The notes beneath the pieces were generated by a model. It searched no databases. It had not been told where the DNA came from and worked only from the letters and a program-made list of their open reading frames with translations. From an uncultured Methanosarcinaceae archaeon (GTDB lineage Archaea; Halobacteriota; Methanosarcinia; Methanosarcinales; Methanosarcinaceae): a stretch of DNA of 64,000 nucleotides. Below, in pieces: positions 59,791-64,000 of this stretch. How positions within the stretch are numbered: position 1 is the stretch's first letter; the number at the start of each line of letters is the position of its first letter. Position numbers and translations under genes: made by a program. The DNA lies in contig CAWJYV010000001.1 in the NCBI GenBank assembly GCA_963847185.1, positions 270,843 through 334,842 on the forward strand, in the 5' to 3' direction.

Positions 59791-62660
59791 ATGCCTCTAA
59801 TTGACACAATAACCAGTTTGTTTAACAGGAACGCTAAGAAGTATATGTATATACCGATTGATTTTAGCCATGTAAAGGATGCCACTTATAGTGCAGAACC
59901 ACTGGAAGCCGGCAAGAATTACTTCAGATTATGGCTCAGTGAAATGTGTCTTGCTAAGGACCGCGAATGGTTTAAAAGCTTGTATCCGGTCGTCCACTCT
60001 ATAATACACATCCAGTTTGGAAAGCAGGAGATAAGTCTTCCCTACGTTGCAGGCTCATTGAATCTTTCAGATGTAAATTCCAGCAACCTGGATAAAGTGA
60101 TTCAATTAAACCACCCCATGACTTCATTGATGCCTTTTAACGGAGGAGCTGTTGAAGTTGCTGCCGGAATACTGGCAATGCAAGGAGAAGACTATCTTAA
60201 CAGATTTATCAAAGTAATGGGAGATTTTTCAAGTATACTCGTTGTGCCACAGTTATCAACTGCCCTTAATGTTGCCGGACCTATAGCTAAAGGGGTCGAA
60301 GAGCTACTCGGTGTGAGCAATGGAGATATGCATCTGGGTTTACATCAGTCATTTGTTGGAAAAGGAGGAGGCAGTACAAACTGCCTAAAGGCTGGATACA
60401 TTGCTGCGATATTGGCTGAGGAAGAAGAACTGGATACAAATGGATTGTGGGTCATGAATGACAGACTCCGCTATGGAACCAGCGCTGATGATAGCGAGCC
60501 GTTAACAGGATTCACTTATATGCTGTTTCGGATCGAGAGCCGTGAGGAAAGGGATGACATGGATGGGCTCACAAACATCTCGGAACCTTTTAATGAAGCC
60601 ATAAGTGCATTAATGAATGGAGAAGAGGAACGGTCAAAAACTCTATTAAGAACATGCATCGCGGCTGCTATGACCTCACCTGACCTCACCAAAGCGGATA
60701 GAAGAAGGGTAGCTCAAGTGATGAAGACCGAGTTTGATGAAGCTCAAAATATGGTGGTACCAACACGTGGAGAGGTCAGACAAATAATACCTAAAGAAGC
60801 CAGAGAAATTGATAAGATCACTAACTTAAATAAGGCAATGCAGCGAGCAATATCAGTGGAAGAAGCCCTTGCTCGCGGTGAACCAACATTTGATGAAATA
60901 TTCGGCATTATAGGCCATACTAAAGCGAGAACCCCAGAGAAATTAGAAGCGCCTCTGACCAGTAAAATCGAGCCGAGAGAGTTCGAAGCACCTTTGACAA
61001 GAAAAATCGAGCCGAGAGAGTTCGAAGCACCTTTGACCAGAAAAATAGAACCAAGAGAGTTAAAGACGCCTGTTGTTAGAGGTGGATTCGTTGATGACCA
61101 GGTAGCGTCTCCTAAAAATTCCCCTGAAGAAGCAAAAACGCTAATTCGCTATCCCAATATTGAATGTCGGGATAAGGTAAACCTGAGTGATGAACTCAAT
61201 CTGTTAGTCCAGCTTCTTCTGAAATCGCCTGAACCAGAAGCAAAAGGTATCTCCATAGAAGATAAAGGCTTGCCTGATCAGCTGCCTGAGGTAGAAGTAG
61301 TAGTTTTTGCTAAGGGTTTTGATTTAAAGGGCAGTGACTCAAGAGTTCTCAAAGTAGATAGAGACAACGATTCAGAAGAGCGTTTTGTCCTTATCCCTAA
61401 AGAGGCAGGAGTACAGCAGATAAGAGTCGATTTCTACCAGTATGGAAGGCGCATTGGCACTGAACGCCGCAATATTCTGGTAACAAAAGAACCTGCTGTA
61501 AACGAAGAAGTAAAACAGCCCGAATCTTCCAGGGTTTTGCAGCTTAGCTCTGAACCCATATGGTGTCCACCAGATCTGGAAATTTGTGTGCAACTGGATA
61601 ATAATGATAAAAGAATTCTAAGTTTTGTACTTCATACTGCGAAACAATTACTTATAAACTCCCGGACAGGGCACAAAATTGGATACCATCACGCCGAGTT
61701 TGGCCAGGTATCTTTAAAAGTATTTCCCGAGGAAATGATAAAGGCCCTGTACCATGAGATGAGCCAGATGGCAGGCCAGCCTGGAATTGATACAGAACAG
61801 CGGATGGCGGCTCTTGGTAATGATTTATGGGATGAGCTTATTCCTGAAGAGTTAAAACAGGAGTATTGGCGATTTAAGGATCATGTAAAATCCATACTCA
61901 TCACCTCAGATGAACCGTGGATTCAATGGGAGATGATTAAACCTTACCGTTACAACGATGTTGCAGGCGAAAGGGAAGATGATCCTTTCTGGTGTCAAAA
62001 GTTTGAAATGTCTCGATGGCTTTCAGGACCTGCAACTGAAGTTGAACTTCCTATGGGTGCAGCACGGCCCGTAGCTCCTGCGGTGGTCAATCTGGATGCT
62101 GTCCGTGACGAGGTTATGTTTATAGAGCAGTTGAGCAGTCTAAATTCCGGGGTTACAGGTTTGGCTCCTTTCAGCGAGAAGGTGCAGGTAATTGACTTTT
62201 TAAAGAATGGGGCTTTTAGTATACTTCATCTTGCTACTCATGGTGCTTTCGATGCAACACTTCCTAACGACTCAGCTATACTGCTATCCGGTGGATATCT
62301 AAGACCCTCGGATATCCAAACACGTTTTGGTTTTCAGAGACCAAGACCATTAATTTTCATAAATGCATGTGAAGGAGCTCAAATGGGATTTAGCTTCACC
62401 GGATTAGGAGGCTGGGCAGATAGGCTGGTGAATAAAGCCCAGGTTGGCGCCTTTGCTGGAGCTATGTGGGAGGTGCAGGACGCACTGGCATTGAAGTTTA
62501 CCAAGAGTTTTTACACCTCCTTACTCCAGGAAGGAAAAACTATCGCCCAGGCCTTTCGAATAGCCAGGGAGGCTGTAAGAGAAGCAGTCCGTCTAACTCG
62601 ACCTGGCTAGCCTATGTTTTGTATGCCGATCCAGAGGCTTATATGAAGAAGCCAGTGTAA
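59791..62660 (+). CDS. Multidomain CHAT (caspase-clan) protease; 1-nt frameshift near 62588 removes the last conserved strand
   Basis: LG..LW..L.P, SDEPWIQWE, HLATHG (His), FINACEG (Cys) and GAMWEV.D..A..F...FY. The expected NSTWLAYVLYADP continues in a shifted frame to stop 62660; the annotated frame stops at 62610. Confidence 0.85.
60943..61065 (+). repeat. Three in-frame 39-bp repeats (EAPLTRKIEPREF) in the CHAT protein linker
   Basis: GAAGC.CCT.TGAC.AG.AAAAT.GA.CC.AGAGAGTT is present three times. Confidence 0.85.
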
Positions 62661-62736
62661 TTGGGGGAATACCAATGAAATAGATTGACGAGATATTAGA
62701 TAAATATAGAGATAAATCGACAAAGGAGGTAATGTT

Positions 62737-63616
62737 ATGTCGTCACCATGTTATTGTGTCATAAAAGGTTGTTTTACTATCGCTAGCTATGAACCAGATG
62801 GAGATTCGGTCAGATTCATAGCAGACAGTCCGGATTTATATCAAAATCTTCATGGATCATATCACATCAAACCTTCAAAGCGCGATAGGAGTGTTCAACT
62901 GCGATTTGAAGCTGTAGATGCTCCAGAAATCCATTATGGTAGTGCAGCACAGTCATTTGGAGATAAAGCCCGCAATCAACTCCTCACATTGATGGGTTTT
63001 AAGAATATCCAGTATTACCCAAAAGATCCGGAGAAGGTGAAGTCCTGTGAGCCTGAAATAGTGCGTGGGGCTATTCTCTCGAAGGCGGCAGAAGCAAATG
63101 GACGTCCTATTTCTTACGTAATATTGGAAAACGATGCAGCCCTTTTTGAGGAAGGGGATTGGGTTAAGGTTGATCGTGCTTTGCTGGAAAAAACGATGAA
63201 CTATTGTTTGCTTGAAGAAGGCATAGCCTAACAGTATATACTTCCACTCCTTTCATTCATCGTAAGCTTCTGCACAAAATAGCCTCAAAAGCTCGGGATG
63301 CCAACAAAGGTATCTGGGAATTAGATATGACAACTGAGTTTGTACTGGAAGATCAGGATTCTATTTGCCCTGATGGCCAGTTAATTCTCCCCAAATTATT
63401 CGCCGATGCACGGATTACTTAAAGGATGTGAATAAAGGTTTCAAGGGGAATTTAAAGGACTGGTTAATTTCGGTTTCAACTGGCTCAAGAAATGAGAACG
63501 ACAACGTAGTTGTCCACAACTACCTTGAGTTGCAGCTCAGTGACCTCATCGAACAGCGTAACAGGAGAATAATTTTTAAAGCTGACCTGCTTGACATTAT
63601 GTTTGTGGAAAAGTAA
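62737..63616 (+). pseudogene. Thermonuclease (SNase-like) family nuclease with two frameshifts
   Basis: PDGDSVRF, LRFEAVDAPE.HY, .GRPISY and N..LLEEG.A; continues in other frames as VYTSTP..A..AR...KGIW..D and LILPKL/RRCTDY..DWL (shifts near 63230 and 63400). Confidence 0.8.
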
Positions 63617-63786
63617 GATTATTTCTCACTGAAGCCAGAAACAGAGTTATAAAGAAAGTCCATCTTCGCAGCAAGTTCGAAGCAGCAGATCGAAATTGAT
63701 GGATAAAACATAAAAATAAAGACTCTTTTTTATTCTCCGACTTTTAAACTATAATAATAAACTCGTAAAAGTGCTCAGCCTAACCC

Positions 63787-64000
63787 TCAAATATCTTTCA
63801 TGAAAACAACTCGATGTTCTCCAGGCCCGCTGTAATCGAAAACGACCGGTATTCCATTAATAGCACCATTTCCGGTCAATTCCATCCCCATGCTTTTATG
63901 AAACATTATTGATTCAAAGTTTGTTGGTTTTGTTATAGCTTTTATCTTTGAGAAATGCTTTTCCCTGGCACATCCGATAAAATGTTCATATAGTTTTCTA
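63787..64000 (-). CDS. GNAT N-acetyltransferase, C-terminal part (5' end outside window)
   Basis: Manual translation: RKLYEHF..AITKPTNFESIMFHKSMG..DYSGPGEHRVVFMKDI*. Confidence 0.75.
   Translation of the reverse strand, partial: RKLYEHFIGCAREKHFSKIKAITKPTNFESIMFHKSMGMELTGNGAINGIPVVFDYSGPGEHRVVFMKDI

Noticed and set aside
1-64000. CRISPR array, tRNA or rRNA genes
   Set aside because: No regularly spaced identical repeats with unique spacers and no cloverleaf or rRNA-like sequence seen; the short repeats at ~735, ~3270, ~7290, ~12580 and ~19120 are simple degenerate tandem repeats.

Overview
AT-rich archaeal chromosomal DNA, very probably Methanosarcina: it carries mch, a Taw2/Trm5-type tRNA modification gene, a TtuA/NcsA-type thiolase and DUF2124, with GGAGG/AGGTGA ribosome-binding sites. 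Positions 1-25.2 kb are mostly housekeeping and accessory genes. They include a decayed IS5-type transposase interrupted by a MITE, a frameshifted iron-sulfur flavoprotein, a ferritin-like gene split by one in-frame amber (UAG) codon, and a signal-peptide-less M6 metalloprotease. Positions ~26-57.3 kb hold an apparently complete, co-oriented contractile injection system (eCIS/PVC/Afp-like): AAA ATPase, DUF4255 cap, sheath, two tubes, a chaperone pair apparently joined by a GGGGGAA -1 frameshift, a putative tape measure, LysM tube initiator, split VgrG, PAAR, gp25, two baseplate-J proteins, tail-I, and three modular tail-fibre genes (one ending in a chagasin-like domain, one in an S74 chaperone). 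There is no capsid, terminase or integrase. Two DUF4157 polymorphic effectors follow, one with a Cys-His-Asp papain/transglutaminase-like tip and one with a peptidoglycan-binding-like domain plus a Cys-rich tip. Directly downstream is a metacaspase - (decayed CHAT) - CHAT protease - thermonuclease cluster, partly frameshifted. At least two MITE families with target-site duplications are visible. All family assignments come from motifs recognised by eye; no database searches were run.
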